The notes below the pieces were generated by a model. The model did not search any database. It was given only the letters and a program-made list of their open reading frames with translations, and was not told the origin of the DNA. From assembly GCA_949297805.1 (NCBI GenBank), contig CASFTG010000003.1, forward strand, positions 132,473 to 196,472: 64,000 bases of DNA, in the 5' to 3' direction. The number at the start of each line of letters is the position of its first letter. Position 1 is the stretch's first letter. A program made the translations under genes and the position numbers. This document shows, piece after piece, positions 47,786 through 57,836 of the stretch. The DNA is from an uncultured bacterium (lineage in GTDB: Bacteria; Bacillota_I; Bacilli_A; RFN20; CAG-826).

Positions 47786-49493
47786 CTTAAGCAAAGCGAG
47801 AAACCGTCAGGATGGGGCCAGCGTCAAATACGATGAAGCCGTCTATAGCGACGCGCTCCGCTTTTTTGCCAAGGGCCGAAAGTATTTGGTTAAGACCTTT
47901 GGCTGCCAAGGCAATGTCCGGGACGAAGAGGTCATATCCGGCTATTTGGAGAAGGCCGGATTCAGTAAAACTACTGATGAAAAGGCGGCCAATATCGTCA
48001 TCATCAATACCTGCGCTGTCCGGGAGAATGCCGAGGATAAGGTCTATGGCGAGATTGGGAAGTTTAAGGCCAATGCCAAGACCGATAAGGATTTCATCCT
48101 CGGCGTCTGCGGCTGCATGATGCAGGAAGAAAACAAAGCCGAAAGCCTGATTAAGACCTATCCTTTCATCAGATTGATTTTCGGGACCCATAATATCGCT
48201 GACTTACCCTCGATGCTTGATCGCGTGATTAGCAGTCACCAGGGCTTAGTTGATGTAATCTCCTATCCCGGGGACGTTATTGAGAATCTTCCTTCGATTC
48301 GGCTTGATCCTTACAAAGCCTTCGTCAATATCTCCTATGGCTGCGATAAGTTCTGCACTTATTGCATTGTCCCCTATACCCGGGGAAGAGAAAGGAGCCG
48401 GCCTTTGCAATCGATCCTTGATGAATGCCGAAAGCTTATTGAGGATGGGTATCAGGAAATCACCCTTTTGGGGCAAAACGTCAATTCCTATGGTAAGGAT
48501 TTCCATGATGGGACCAACTTCGCGACCGTCTTAGAGGAAGTGGCTAAACTTGGTATCCCCCGACTTCGCTTTACTACCTCCCACCCTTGGGACTTCTCGT
48601 TGGATATGCTTGATACCATTGCGAAGTACCCAAACATCATGAAATGTATCCACCTCCCCGTCCAAAGCGGCTCGACCGCGGTCCTTCGTCAAATGGGGCG
48701 CCGTTATACGAGAGAACAATATCTGGACCTAGTCAAAGCCATCCGCGAGAGGATGCCGGAATGCGCCATCACCACCGACATCATCGTCGGCTTCCCAAAT
48801 GAGACCGAAGAGCAATTCGCGGAGACTTTAACCCTTTGTCAGGAATTGAAGTATGACGCCGCCTTCACCTTCATCTATTCCCCCCGGGCGGGGACGCCGG
48901 CCGCCAAAATGGTCGATAACGTCTCCGATGAAGTGAAGCACGAACGGTTCAATAGGCTGCTGAAGGTTGTCGAGGAAGGGGTCGTCTATCATTCGTCGAA
49001 AATGGTTGGGAAAGCCTATGATGTTTTAGTCGATGGGCCGAGCAAGAAAAACGAAGCCATCCTTTCTGGCTATACCGAATCGAACAAGCTGGTCAATTTC
49101 CCTGGCCCGGTTTATTTAAAGGGGCATATCGTTAAGGTCAAGATCACTGAAAACCATGCCTTCTCGATGCTTGGGCAATTAGAAGAGGATCCGGTCGATG
49201 TCTTGTTGCGAAGCGCCTCGGAAAAGCTAAAGCAGGAGCCGGCCTATATCCAATATTTGGCGGCGAAGAAAGTTTTTGAGGAAGATAAGGAATTGCAAGC
49301 GGCCCTCCATGAAAAAGAAGCGGCTCAAAAAGCCCTGGCCTTATCGATGGGGAGCGAAGATTACGAAAATAAGAAGGCGGCTTTTGCGAAGATTTCCGCC
49401 TTCGTGGACAATAATCCCAATTACATAAATTTCGTTTCTTCAACCGCCGATCTGCGGGACTTATTTGCCGAAATGAAGGCCCTCCTCCAATGA
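47754..49493 (+). CDS. miaB: tRNA i6A37 methylthiotransferase MiaB fused to a C-terminal YmcA/YlbF (RicA)-like domain
   Basis: MTTase N-domain (KTFGCQGN). Radical-SAM CDKFCTYC. TRAM domain ending ..HIVKVKITENHAFSMLGQL. Then ~100 extra aa (SEKLKQEPAYIQYLAAKKVFEEDKELQAAL ... NPNYINFVSSTADLRDLFAEMKALL) matching the Com_YlbF helix pattern. The AAGGAG RBS lies inside ymdB. Confidence 0.85.
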   Translation: MSRCQIISLPDLSKARNRQDGASVKYDEAVYSDALRFFAKGRKYLVKTFGCQGNVRDEEVISGYLEKAGFSKTTDEKAANIVIINTCAVRENAEDKVYGEIGKFKANAKTDKDFILGVCGCMMQEENKAESLIKTYPFIRLIFGTHNIADLPSMLDRVISSHQGLVDVISYPGDVIENLPSIRLDPYKAFVNISYGCDKFCTYCIVPYTRGRERSRPLQSILDECRKLIEDGYQEITLLGQNVNSYGKDFHDGTNFATVLEEVAKLGIPRLRFTTSHPWDFSLDMLDTIAKYPNIMKCIHLPVQSGSTAVLRQMGRRYTREQYLDLVKAIRERMPECAITTDIIVGFPNETEEQFAETLTLCQELKYDAAFTFIYSPRAGTPAAKMVDNVSDEVKHERFNRLLKVVEEGVVYHSSKMVGKAYDVLVDGPSKKNEAILSGYTESNKLVNFPGPVYLKGHIVKVKITENHAFSMLGQLEEDPVDVLLRSASEKLKQEPAYIQYLAAKKVFEEDKELQAALHEKEAAQKALALSMGSEDYENKKAAFAKISAFVDNNPNYINFVSSTADLRDLFAEMKALLQ

Positions 49494-50362
49494 TCATTGT
49501 CTTAACTGGGGTCACCGGCTCAGGCAAAAGCGAACTGGCAATCCGTTTGGCTCAAAAAGTTAATGCTGGCATCGTCAATGCCGATGCTTTCCAAGTCTAC
49601 GAGGAACTGAATATCGCGACCGCCAAGCCGACCATAGAGATGATGATGGCGGCCCCTCATTTCCTTTTTGATTTCATTCCTCTTTCCTCTTCTTACTCGG
49701 TCGCCGAATATCAAGAAGACCTAAGGTCGGCGATCGCGACTTTAGAAAAGCAAGGGAAGAATGTCATCATCGCCGGCGGGACCGGTCTCTACATCCGGGC
49801 CGGGCTTTATGACTATGAGTTTCCCACTTTGCCGAAAGTCGATTTATCTTCTTATGAATCTTTAGAGGATGAGGCTTTATATGCCGCGGCTTTGTCTTTT
49901 GACGAAGCGGAGGCAAAGACCATCCACCCCCATAACCGGGTCCGGTTATTACGGTTAATCGAGATGGCTTTAGGTGGGCAAAAGAAAAGTGAAGTCAAGC
50001 AAGCCCAGACCCATAAGCCGATTTATGATGTCCATTTCTTCGGCCTCGAGGTCGAGCGGGAGGATATTTACCCCCGGGTTGAACGAAGGGTCGATAAGAT
50101 GTTCGAAATGGGGTTAGTTGAGGAGGACCGGCGCTTAGTCGAAAAATATGGGCGTGACTGCCAAGCGTTTAAAGCCATCGGGGTCAAGGAACTTTTCCCT
50201 TACTTCGATGGGAAGATTTCTTTAGAACAGGCCAAAGACGACATTAAGAAAAACACTCGTCATTACGTGAAGCGGCAAGAGACTTTCTTCCGTCATCAAT
50301 TCGATATCGTTTGGGTCAAAGGCGAGGAGGACATTTTAAATGGCTTATCCTGCGATCTATGA
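49490..50362 (+). CDS. miaA: tRNA dimethylallyltransferase
   Basis: P-loop LTGVTGSGKS. 290 aa. The ATG overlaps the miaB stop. Confidence 0.9.
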   Translation: MIIVLTGVTGSGKSELAIRLAQKVNAGIVNADAFQVYEELNIATAKPTIEMMMAAPHFLFDFIPLSSSYSVAEYQEDLRSAIATLEKQGKNVIIAGGTGLYIRAGLYDYEFPTLPKVDLSSYESLEDEALYAAALSFDEAEAKTIHPHNRVRLLRLIEMALGGQKKSEVKQAQTHKPIYDVHFFGLEVEREDIYPRVERRVDKMFEMGLVEEDRRLVEKYGRDCQAFKAIGVKELFPYFDGKISLEQAKDDIKKNTRHYVKRQETFFRHQFDIVWVKGEEDILNGLSCDL

Positions 50363-51050
50363 ACGGACGGTCCAGCTTTTAGGCGAAGAGAATTTCGCTA
50401 AGCTAAAAATAGCCAAAGTCGCCATCGTTGGCTTAGGCGGGGTCGGCGGAACCTGCTTTATGTGCCTCCTTCGAAGCGGGCTTTCCGCTTTCCTTTTAGT
50501 CGATGACGACGTCATTAACGAAAATAACCTCAACCGTCAGATTCTCTATTCCCCGTCGGATGTTGGCAAAACGAAAGTCGAGGCCGCGAAGCAATACGCC
50601 CGTCCTTATATTGAAAACGAACAATCTATTGCCATCGATTCCCGTTGGCTAGGACCTGACAATATCGATAGTTTTGGCTTTGAGAATTACGATGTGGTCA
50701 TCGATTGCATTGATGACGTGCCGGCAAAGGTAGCCTTAGCCGAATATTGTCTTCAACGCCATATTCCCTTTTTGATGTCTTTGGGGATGGGCAATCGGCT
50801 TGACCCAACGAAAGTTACTTTAACCAGTTTAGATAAGACCGAGGGCTGCCCATTGGCCCGGAAGCTCCGTTACGAATCACGGAAAAAAGGCATCGATATC
50901 CGTCGGATTACCGTGGCTTTTTCTTCCGAAGAGCCATTGCGGAAAGGCCCGGTTCCCGCCTCGATCATGACGGTCCCAAGCGCCGCCGGCTTGGCCTTGG
51001 CTTACGGGGCGATGAAGATTTTGCTCTTTAATTTTTCTCCCGAGGGTTAA
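50340..51050 (+). CDS. tcdA: tRNA threonylcarbamoyladenosine dehydratase (ThiF/MoeB E1-like)
   Basis: Rossmann VAIVGLGGVGG. The family motif LVDDDVINENNLNRQ. Confidence 0.8.
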   Translation: MAYPAIYERTVQLLGEENFAKLKIAKVAIVGLGGVGGTCFMCLLRSGLSAFLLVDDDVINENNLNRQILYSPSDVGKTKVEAAKQYARPYIENEQSIAIDSRWLGPDNIDSFGFENYDVVIDCIDDVPAKVALAEYCLQRHIPFLMSLGMGNRLDPTKVTLTSLDKTEGCPLARKLRYESRKKGIDIRRITVAFSSEEPLRKGPVPASIMTVPSAAGLALAYGAMKILLFNFSPEG

Positions 51051-51076
51051 ACTTTTCCTAACGAGGTAGATAATCG

Positions 51077-52693
51077 ATGGGACTTTTGAAAATCAATGAG
51101 GTCGCTAAACAAGCCGGGATCGCCGAATCCTTTTTGATCCCCTATGGTCATGACAAAGCGAAGATCGATCTTTCGATCAAGGAGACGTTGAAAGAACACA
51201 AAGACGGGAAGTTGGTGCTGGTGACTGCCATTACGCCGACGAAAGCGGGCGAGGGGAAAACCACTGCCTCCATTGCCTTATCGATGGGCTTTGGCCAGAT
51301 TGGCCAGAAGGCCTTTCTTTGCTTACGCGAACCATCCCTTGGCCCCGTCTTCGGCTTAAAAGGCGGGGCAACGGGCGGAGGAAAAGCGACCGTCGAACCA
51401 TCCGAGGACATCAATCTCCATTTCACGGGTGATATGCACGCCTTAACCTCCTCCATCAATTTGATTTCCGCCGTCATCGAGAACTCGCTTTACCAAGGCA
51501 ATCCCCTTAATATCGATCCGAACCGGATCGTCTGGAAACGTTCCCTCGACATGAATGACCGATCTTTACGGGAAATAACCGTAGCCTTAGGTGATAAGAA
51601 GGGAACCCCTCACCAAAGCTCTTTCTGCATCACCGTTGCCAGTGAACTGATGGCTATCCTTTGCTTAGCTAAAGACGAGGAGGATTTCCTTGCTCGCCTC
51701 GCTCGGATCACCGTTGCCTTTGATAAAGAAGGTAAACCTGTAACGGTGGCGGATTTCCGGATCACCCACGCGGTCATGAAGTTGATGAAGAATGCCTTAT
51801 GGCCGAATTTGGTTCAGACGGCGGAGGGGAATCCGGTTTTGATCCATGGCGGCCCTTTCGCCAACATCGCTCATGGCTGCAATTCCCTTATCGCCACCAA
51901 ATTGGCTTTGAAGCTGTCGCCCATCGTCATCACTGAAGCCGGCTTCGGGGCGGATCTTGGGGCTGAGAAATTCCTCGACATCGCCTGCCAAGAAGGCGAA
52001 CTGCATCCCGATTGCGCCGTTTTAGTCGCCACCATCCGAGCGCTGAAGATGCATGGCGGGGTGGCTTTCGATGATTTAGGAGAGCCGAATGTTGAAGCTT
52101 TGCTTAAAGGGGTGGCGAATTTGGATAAACATTACGCCAACCTCGCCCAATATGGATTGCCGGTTGTAGTAGCCATCAACCATTTCGCCGCTGATTCGAA
52201 AGAGGAGATCGAAGCATTGGAACGCCATTGCGACGCCCATGGTTATGCCTATGCCTTCCTTGATGGTTATCTTCAAGGCGGGGTCGGGGCGATTGATTTA
52301 GCCCATTTGGTCCAGAAGACCTTAGCCGAACAAACCAGTCATTACCGGCCTCTCTATGATCGGAAGGAGCCGATCAAGCAAAAGATCGAGACGATTTCCA
52401 AACAGATTTATGGGGCTGATGGGGTTGATTATTCGGCTTTGGCGGAAGAGAAGCTCCGTCTAATTTCCTCCCTCGGCCTTGATGATGCTTACGTTTGCAT
52501 GGCCAAGACCCCGAACTCCTTCTCCGATGATCCAAAGAAACTGGGGGTTCCGAGTGGGTATCGGATTCAAGTCCGTGACGTTGATTTTGCTTCCGGGGCG
52601 AATTTCGTCATTCCCCTTTGCGGCTCGATTTTGACGATGCCGGGCCTCCCTAAAGTCCCGGCGGCGGTCAAAATGGAGGATGAGCCATGGTGA
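51077..52693 (+). CDS. fhs: Formate--tetrahydrofolate ligase
   Basis: TPTKAGEGKTT P-loop-like motif. 538 aa with the FTHFS family pattern throughout. Confidence 0.9.
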   Translation: MGLLKINEVAKQAGIAESFLIPYGHDKAKIDLSIKETLKEHKDGKLVLVTAITPTKAGEGKTTASIALSMGFGQIGQKAFLCLREPSLGPVFGLKGGATGGGKATVEPSEDINLHFTGDMHALTSSINLISAVIENSLYQGNPLNIDPNRIVWKRSLDMNDRSLREITVALGDKKGTPHQSSFCITVASELMAILCLAKDEEDFLARLARITVAFDKEGKPVTVADFRITHAVMKLMKNALWPNLVQTAEGNPVLIHGGPFANIAHGCNSLIATKLALKLSPIVITEAGFGADLGAEKFLDIACQEGELHPDCAVLVATIRALKMHGGVAFDDLGEPNVEALLKGVANLDKHYANLAQYGLPVVVAINHFAADSKEEIEALERHCDAHGYAYAFLDGYLQGGVGAIDLAHLVQKTLAEQTSHYRPLYDRKEPIKQKIETISKQIYGADGVDYSALAEEKLRLISSLGLDDAYVCMAKTPNSFSDDPKKLGVPSGYRIQVRDVDFASGANFVIPLCGSILTMPGLPKVPAAVKMEDEPW

Positions 52694-52908
52694 TCGATTA
52701 TCAACTATATGACATCGTCGAAATGAAAAGGCCCCATCCTTGCTTCGCCCATTCCAAGCAATTCCAGATTGTCCGGGTCGGAGCGGACATCAAGATTATG
52801 TGCCTTGGCTGTGGCAACGTCATGATGATCGATCGGGATAAGTTCAATTCGAAGATAAAGAAAGTCATCGAACATAAAGATGGTCCCTTAGTTCCTCTTA
52901 GCCATTAA
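52687..52908 (+). CDS. DUF951-family small protein
   Basis: 73 aa. It has the paired-Cys pattern (CFAH...CLGCGN) typical of DUF951/YyzM-like proteins. Confidence 0.6.
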   Translation: MVIDYQLYDIVEMKRPHPCFAHSKQFQIVRVGADIKIMCLGCGNVMMIDRDKFNSKIKKVIEHKDGPLVPLSH

Positions 52909-52947
52909 GAAGATTCCCTCCTACATATTAAGTAGGAGGATTTTCTT

Positions 52948-54981
52948 TTGGGCTTATTTAAGACGCGGAGATTATCGAAGACCTATGGCCATGGGGATAA
53001 CCGGGTCGTCGCTTTAAAAGCGGCCGATATCGCCTTGCCCAAGACTGGGTTTATCGGTATTGAAGGCGAAAGCGGTTCGGGCAAAAGCACGTTATTGAAC
53101 TTATTGGCTCGATTTGAAAAGCCCAGCGGTGGGGTGATCGGTTTTAAGGGGAAGAACCTAGCGAAAATGAATTCGAGCCAAGAGCTCGGCTATCGGCAGC
53201 ATTCGGTCGGATTGGTCTTTCAGCATTACAACTTGCTAGAGGACAAGACGTTATTAGATAACATCGCCTTCCCATTGGTCTTATCGGGGGTAAGTCCAAA
53301 AGAGGCCAGAGCAAAGGCACGAAACCTAGCGAATGGCATCTTGAATGAGAACCTATTGGATAAGAAACCCAGCGAGTGCTCGGGCGGGGAGAAACAACGG
53401 GCGGCATTACTACGGGCCCTCATCATCGAACCGGAGGCGATCTTCGCCGATGAACCGACCGGGGCTTTGGACGAAGATAATGCCATTAAGGTGATGGAAC
53501 TATTAAAAGAAGCGTCAACCAAAAGGTTAATTGTCGTGGTCTCCCATAATCATGGACTGCTTAGTAAGTATGCTGAGCGGATATTGAATATCGCTTCCGG
53601 GATGGTAAGCGGCGGGAAGGAGAAAACCGACCCTGGGCCCTTAGCTAAAGGCCATGGATCTAGTTGGTGGATTGGGGAAGGAATGCGGGAGGCGAAGCGG
53701 TCAGGAAGACGGTTATTGAGTTGCTTCGCCGCTTGCTTGATTGGCTTTTCTTCACTGCTTTGTTCGGCGGCTTTCTTCTTGGGCTATAAGCCTTGTTTGC
53801 ACGAGGAAAGAATCCGGAGTCTTGACGCTGGGGTAGCGACGGTCAGCTATGAAAGAAGCGTTTCGACTGACGATTCATTATTGTCGCTAGTTGTTCAGGA
53901 AAGGCCTTCCTTTGATTCGGTTTACGGAGCCTTGTCATCCCTTTCTTCCTTCTCCATCGAAAACGATTATTCTTTCCTTCTTCCTAGTTCGGTCGAGTTT
54001 CGTTTATCGGGGGAAGCGGGGGAGGCGGAACTAGTTCCCGTTGCTTCCTTAAATAGCAAATACGCCCAGGCCCTGCTTAACGAAGGGTCGTTGCCTAATG
54101 ACGATTTGGCCTCTTGCCTAGTCAATGAGGCTTTCGTCGACAAATATGGGTCTGACTCCCTTGGGCGTTCGTTATTGATTCAGGCCGGTGGCAACTATAC
54201 CGGGGAGGGATGGGAGAAGGATATCGATCTCGAACTATCGATGCTTATCGAAGGGGTCGTCGATGAGTTCGCCTTTCTCAATAGCCCCCGAATTTATTAT
54301 TCCTACTCGGCGTTTGAGGAATTCGCCGCGAGCCTCGTGATGTATGGGGGAAAAGAGAAAGGGGTAACTTTGCAAGAACTATGCAAAAACGCCTTGCCTA
54401 CTTCCTTTTATTCCAATTATCAATATCGCGTTTTCGTGAATGAGGAACAAGATTTGCAGCCTTTCTTTGAAATTTTGCACTCATATTCGGAAGAAGACGC
54501 ACCTTTGGCTTTCACTTCAAGGGCTTTCTTAAGCTATACCTCATTTGCCGACTTAAGTTCAGCCCTCTCCTCTTGCCTGACTCTGTTCCTTGGGATCGAA
54601 CTCCTCTTCGTTGGGTCGGTCATCGTCTTATCGGTCCTTTCCCTTTTTGCCAGTTCGCGGAAGACCATGGCCATCATGATGGCGCTTGGGGCGAAGAAGG
54701 TTCCGGTCATCGGCTGCTTTGCTATTCCGAATTTCTTGATGATCGGAGTCGCAGCCATATTAAGCGTTCCTTTGGCCATCGGTTTAATAAAAGGGCTAAA
54801 CTTCGGCTTTCAAAGTTTTTTCGGCCTGCATTCTTTATTACGGCTCGGATCCGGTGGTATCTATTCTTTAATTTGGGTGGCTTTAGGGTCGGTGGTCTTA
54901 ATCTTTTTTCTGGTCTCGTTCGTTTCGTTGGCCCTAGCTTTCCGGAAGTTAAACCTCAGCAAGGAGATGCGCGATGAATGA
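52948..54981 (+). CDS. MacB-type fused ABC ATPase-FtsX permease (677 aa) with a degenerate ABC signature
   Basis: TTG start, AGGAGGA RBS 7 nt upstream. Walker A GESGSGKST. The signature is CSGGEKQRA rather than LSGGQ. Walker B IFADEP. TM1 sits near residue 260, followed by a ~250-aa extracytoplasmic domain and a C-terminal 3-TM FtsX domain. Confidence 0.8.
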   Translation: MGLFKTRRLSKTYGHGDNRVVALKAADIALPKTGFIGIEGESGSGKSTLLNLLARFEKPSGGVIGFKGKNLAKMNSSQELGYRQHSVGLVFQHYNLLEDKTLLDNIAFPLVLSGVSPKEARAKARNLANGILNENLLDKKPSECSGGEKQRAALLRALIIEPEAIFADEPTGALDEDNAIKVMELLKEASTKRLIVVVSHNHGLLSKYAERILNIASGMVSGGKEKTDPGPLAKGHGSSWWIGEGMREAKRSGRRLLSCFAACLIGFSSLLCSAAFFLGYKPCLHEERIRSLDAGVATVSYERSVSTDDSLLSLVVQERPSFDSVYGALSSLSSFSIENDYSFLLPSSVEFRLSGEAGEAELVPVASLNSKYAQALLNEGSLPNDDLASCLVNEAFVDKYGSDSLGRSLLIQAGGNYTGEGWEKDIDLELSMLIEGVVDEFAFLNSPRIYYSYSAFEEFAASLVMYGGKEKGVTLQELCKNALPTSFYSNYQYRVFVNEEQDLQPFFEILHSYSEEDAPLAFTSRAFLSYTSFADLSSALSSCLTLFLGIELLFVGSVIVLSVLSLFASSRKTMAIMMALGAKKVPVIGCFAIPNFLMIGVAAILSVPLAIGLIKGLNFGFQSFFGLHSLLRLGSGGIYSLIWVALGSVVLIFFLVSFVSLALAFRKLNLSKEMRDE

Positions 54982-57751
54982 GCTGATCCATCTACGGAAG
55001 GTTAATAAGCGGTTTAACTCCGAATCGGCGTTAGTTGACATTAACCTTGACTTGCCGAGGAAAGGTTTTATCGCTTTGGTCGGGGAGTCTGGTTCCGGCA
55101 AGTCGACCTTATTGAATTTAGTTTCCGGATTGCTTAGCGGCTTCTCTGGTTTGGCGGAAGTCGATGGGGTCAACTTAGGAAGGTTGGACGAGGAAGGCAA
55201 AAGGGCGTTTCGCCTAGGAAGAATTGGTTTCTTAGATCAAAACGTTTGCCTGCTCGATAGTGAGACGGCGCTTGCCAATGTCGAGTTTCCCCTTGATGCC
55301 ATCTATGGGGAACCGCGGAAACTGCGCGAACGGCGGGCTAAGGATTTATTGCGGTTTGTCAGCGTTAAGGAATTGACTTGTAAAAATGTCAATGAAATGA
55401 GTGGTGGACAACGTCAACGAGTCGGTTTAGCGGTTTGCCTGGCCGCCAATCCGAAGATTGTTTTGGCCGATGAGCCAACGGCCGCCCTCGACGCGGAAAA
55501 CGGCTCTTCGGTGATGGAGGTTTTGAAAAAGGTTTCCCTAAATCGGCTGGTCATCGTCGTGAGCCATGACGAAAATTTGCTCGCCTCTTTCGCCGATCGA
55601 ATCATCCGTCTTAAAGACGGGAAGATAGTCGATGATCGGAAAATTACTGTTGAGACGAAAGAGGGGGAGGTATTGGCCTTGCGCCTATGCAAACATAAGG
55701 CAAATGTCCGTCCGGATTGGTTCAGTTTACTCCGCCATGCCGCCCATAATCTGGGGCGAAGGAAGATCCGTTCGTTGTTTATGCTCGGATCGTTGGTGGC
55801 TTCCTTTATTGGCGTCAGCGCTGGCGTCTACTTAACCGATTCGATTGAAAATGAGGTCAGCGGAGCCTTTTCCTCTATTGTGCCGCCTGGAAGAATCGTC
55901 ATGGAGAAGAAAGGCGGCGGAGAGGTTGGCTATGAAGGGCTTACCGCCGCGAGCGAGTTGCAGGTGATGACACTAGAGGATACTTATCCTCAATATATAT
56001 TAGGTTCGGGGTCGACTTTGCTATTCGATTTCTCTTCCTTGTTCGTCTCCGGAGATAGTTTTAGTTTTCTGCGGAGCTCGAAGCGGATTGAGTTTCCGTC
56101 CTTCTCGGCTCGGAACATCAACGAGTTTCTTTGGCTTGAGGAAACGTATCCGGAGGTGTTCCCGAGCTTCCCTATTTCGATGGAACTCGATGAGGTGGTG
56201 GTGGGGTTGCCATTCGCTGACATGGCTGCCCTTTGTTTTGACTTAGGAATTGAACGAGACTATGAAAGCCTAGGGGAATTATGCCGAATCGGTGGTCTTC
56301 GCCTGCTTGTTCAACTGGATAATAATGAGATTGATTTCCATAACGAGGATCTATTTTCCGTGGTCGGGGTGGTGAAATCGGAGGCTCCTTGTTTTTATCA
56401 TCTGAACCGAAAATGGAACGAGGAGTATTTCCTCGATCACCTGAATTTCCGTTCCTCAATCAGCAGCGATACCCTTAATCCTCAATCGGTCTTCGCCCTT
56501 CCTTATATCGTTTTGAAGACCGATCCAGAGAAGGCGTTAAAAGCTTTTCGTGAAGGCGGATTTACCGAGGGGATATGCTTTGATTTTTCCTTGCCAGGCT
56601 ATCTCTCTTCCTTAACCAGTCACGATTGGGAAAGACCTTCGAAACGGGCCTACCTATATTCGGTTTCTAACTACAATCTAAACGTCAACAATACTTTGAA
56701 TATCGCTGAACTTGATGGGGTGAATGGTCTTCAGCTTTGTTCTAACTCCTCCTACCTTTCTTATACCGATAATTTGGTTTCGGGGTTCGCCAACGCCTTT
56801 TATTTATCCAATAGTTATGATGATGTTTTCCTAGTGGGCGAGACGGCGTCTCGACTAGCCAAATCCGATCCTCTCACCTCGTTATCACTCCCGGAAAGTG
56901 TAAAGGACGGGAACTATCTTTCCGCTTCTAGGGGAGGTTTGCATTTAAGTAGCGATTTTACGGGGTTAAAAGAGGAAGAACTTCCGCAAAACCTACGGGA
57001 AATTGTTATTTCTTCCTCTTTAGAGGAGTTTTGGGGAAGGCCGCAGAACCTCTATGCCGCGATTGAATATATCGACCCGCTTGGCTCTAATTCTCGAAAG
57101 ATCGCTTTCTTTGAATTCGTTGTCAAAGGGGTGAAATCCTGCTCGACCGACACCATTTTCGTCCCGTCTTTTTGGATTAATGATTTCTTCGCCACCCAAA
57201 CTCCAACTAGCGGACTCTCGCTGCTTCCGAATAATGCCGTCATCTATTGCGGCGAGGAAGAGGAAGCTAGTTTATTGGAGGCCTTGTCAAAGCAATACCC
57301 AGACTACCGATTTGTCAATCCAACCTCGCTAATCGATATGAGCTTCGGCGGGGCGACGGAGTATATTTCCTTGGTTTTGATTGTCTTCTCCTCAATCCTG
57401 TTTCTCCTTTCGATCGTGGTCTTTGCCTATGCCATTTCCTTATATCGGATTGAGCTATCCGGGGAATGGCGTTACTTCCGTTTGCTGGGTTTGTCGGAAA
57501 AGGATGAGAAGCGATCGCTCTATGCCTTATGCCTCCTATTGACGTTGCTTGGTCTATTGCCATCTTTGATTGGTTTGGCGATGGTCGAGTTCCTTGGTCA
57601 TCTATTCATCGCCGCCTCTTTCAATACGGCGTCTCATTTCGTCTTCTCCTTCCTTCCCTTTGTGGTGATGGTCGGTCTGGCCATTTTCTTCCTGGCGTTA
57701 GCCTTGGTGTTGACTGGAAGCAAGAGCCTAAAGCCAAATAGGCAAAATTGA
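54974..57751 (+). CDS. MacB-type fused ABC ATPase-FtsX permease (925 aa) with a large extracytoplasmic domain
   Basis: Canonical Walker A GESGSGKST, MSGGQRQR signature, VLADEPTAALD, SHDE. TM1 near residue 255, a ~480-aa external domain, a C-terminal FtsX 3-TM bundle. The ATG overlaps the upstream stop. Confidence 0.8.
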   Translation: MNELIHLRKVNKRFNSESALVDINLDLPRKGFIALVGESGSGKSTLLNLVSGLLSGFSGLAEVDGVNLGRLDEEGKRAFRLGRIGFLDQNVCLLDSETALANVEFPLDAIYGEPRKLRERRAKDLLRFVSVKELTCKNVNEMSGGQRQRVGLAVCLAANPKIVLADEPTAALDAENGSSVMEVLKKVSLNRLVIVVSHDENLLASFADRIIRLKDGKIVDDRKITVETKEGEVLALRLCKHKANVRPDWFSLLRHAAHNLGRRKIRSLFMLGSLVASFIGVSAGVYLTDSIENEVSGAFSSIVPPGRIVMEKKGGGEVGYEGLTAASELQVMTLEDTYPQYILGSGSTLLFDFSSLFVSGDSFSFLRSSKRIEFPSFSARNINEFLWLEETYPEVFPSFPISMELDEVVVGLPFADMAALCFDLGIERDYESLGELCRIGGLRLLVQLDNNEIDFHNEDLFSVVGVVKSEAPCFYHLNRKWNEEYFLDHLNFRSSISSDTLNPQSVFALPYIVLKTDPEKALKAFREGGFTEGICFDFSLPGYLSSLTSHDWERPSKRAYLYSVSNYNLNVNNTLNIAELDGVNGLQLCSNSSYLSYTDNLVSGFANAFYLSNSYDDVFLVGETASRLAKSDPLTSLSLPESVKDGNYLSASRGGLHLSSDFTGLKEEELPQNLREIVISSSLEEFWGRPQNLYAAIEYIDPLGSNSRKIAFFEFVVKGVKSCSTDTIFVPSFWINDFFATQTPTSGLSLLPNNAVIYCGEEEEASLLEALSKQYPDYRFVNPTSLIDMSFGGATEYISLVLIVFSSILFLLSIVVFAYAISLYRIELSGEWRYFRLLGLSEKDEKRSLYALCLLLTLLGLLPSLIGLAMVEFLGHLFIAASFNTASHFVFSFLPFVVMVGLAIFFLALALVLTGSKSLKPNRQN

Positions 57752-57836
57752 GGAAATTTTGTTTAAACCATTCCGGGTTCGTTGTATATTAACCGCGGTC
57801 ATTCGATACATCGAAGACCAGGAAGGTAAAGGTCTC

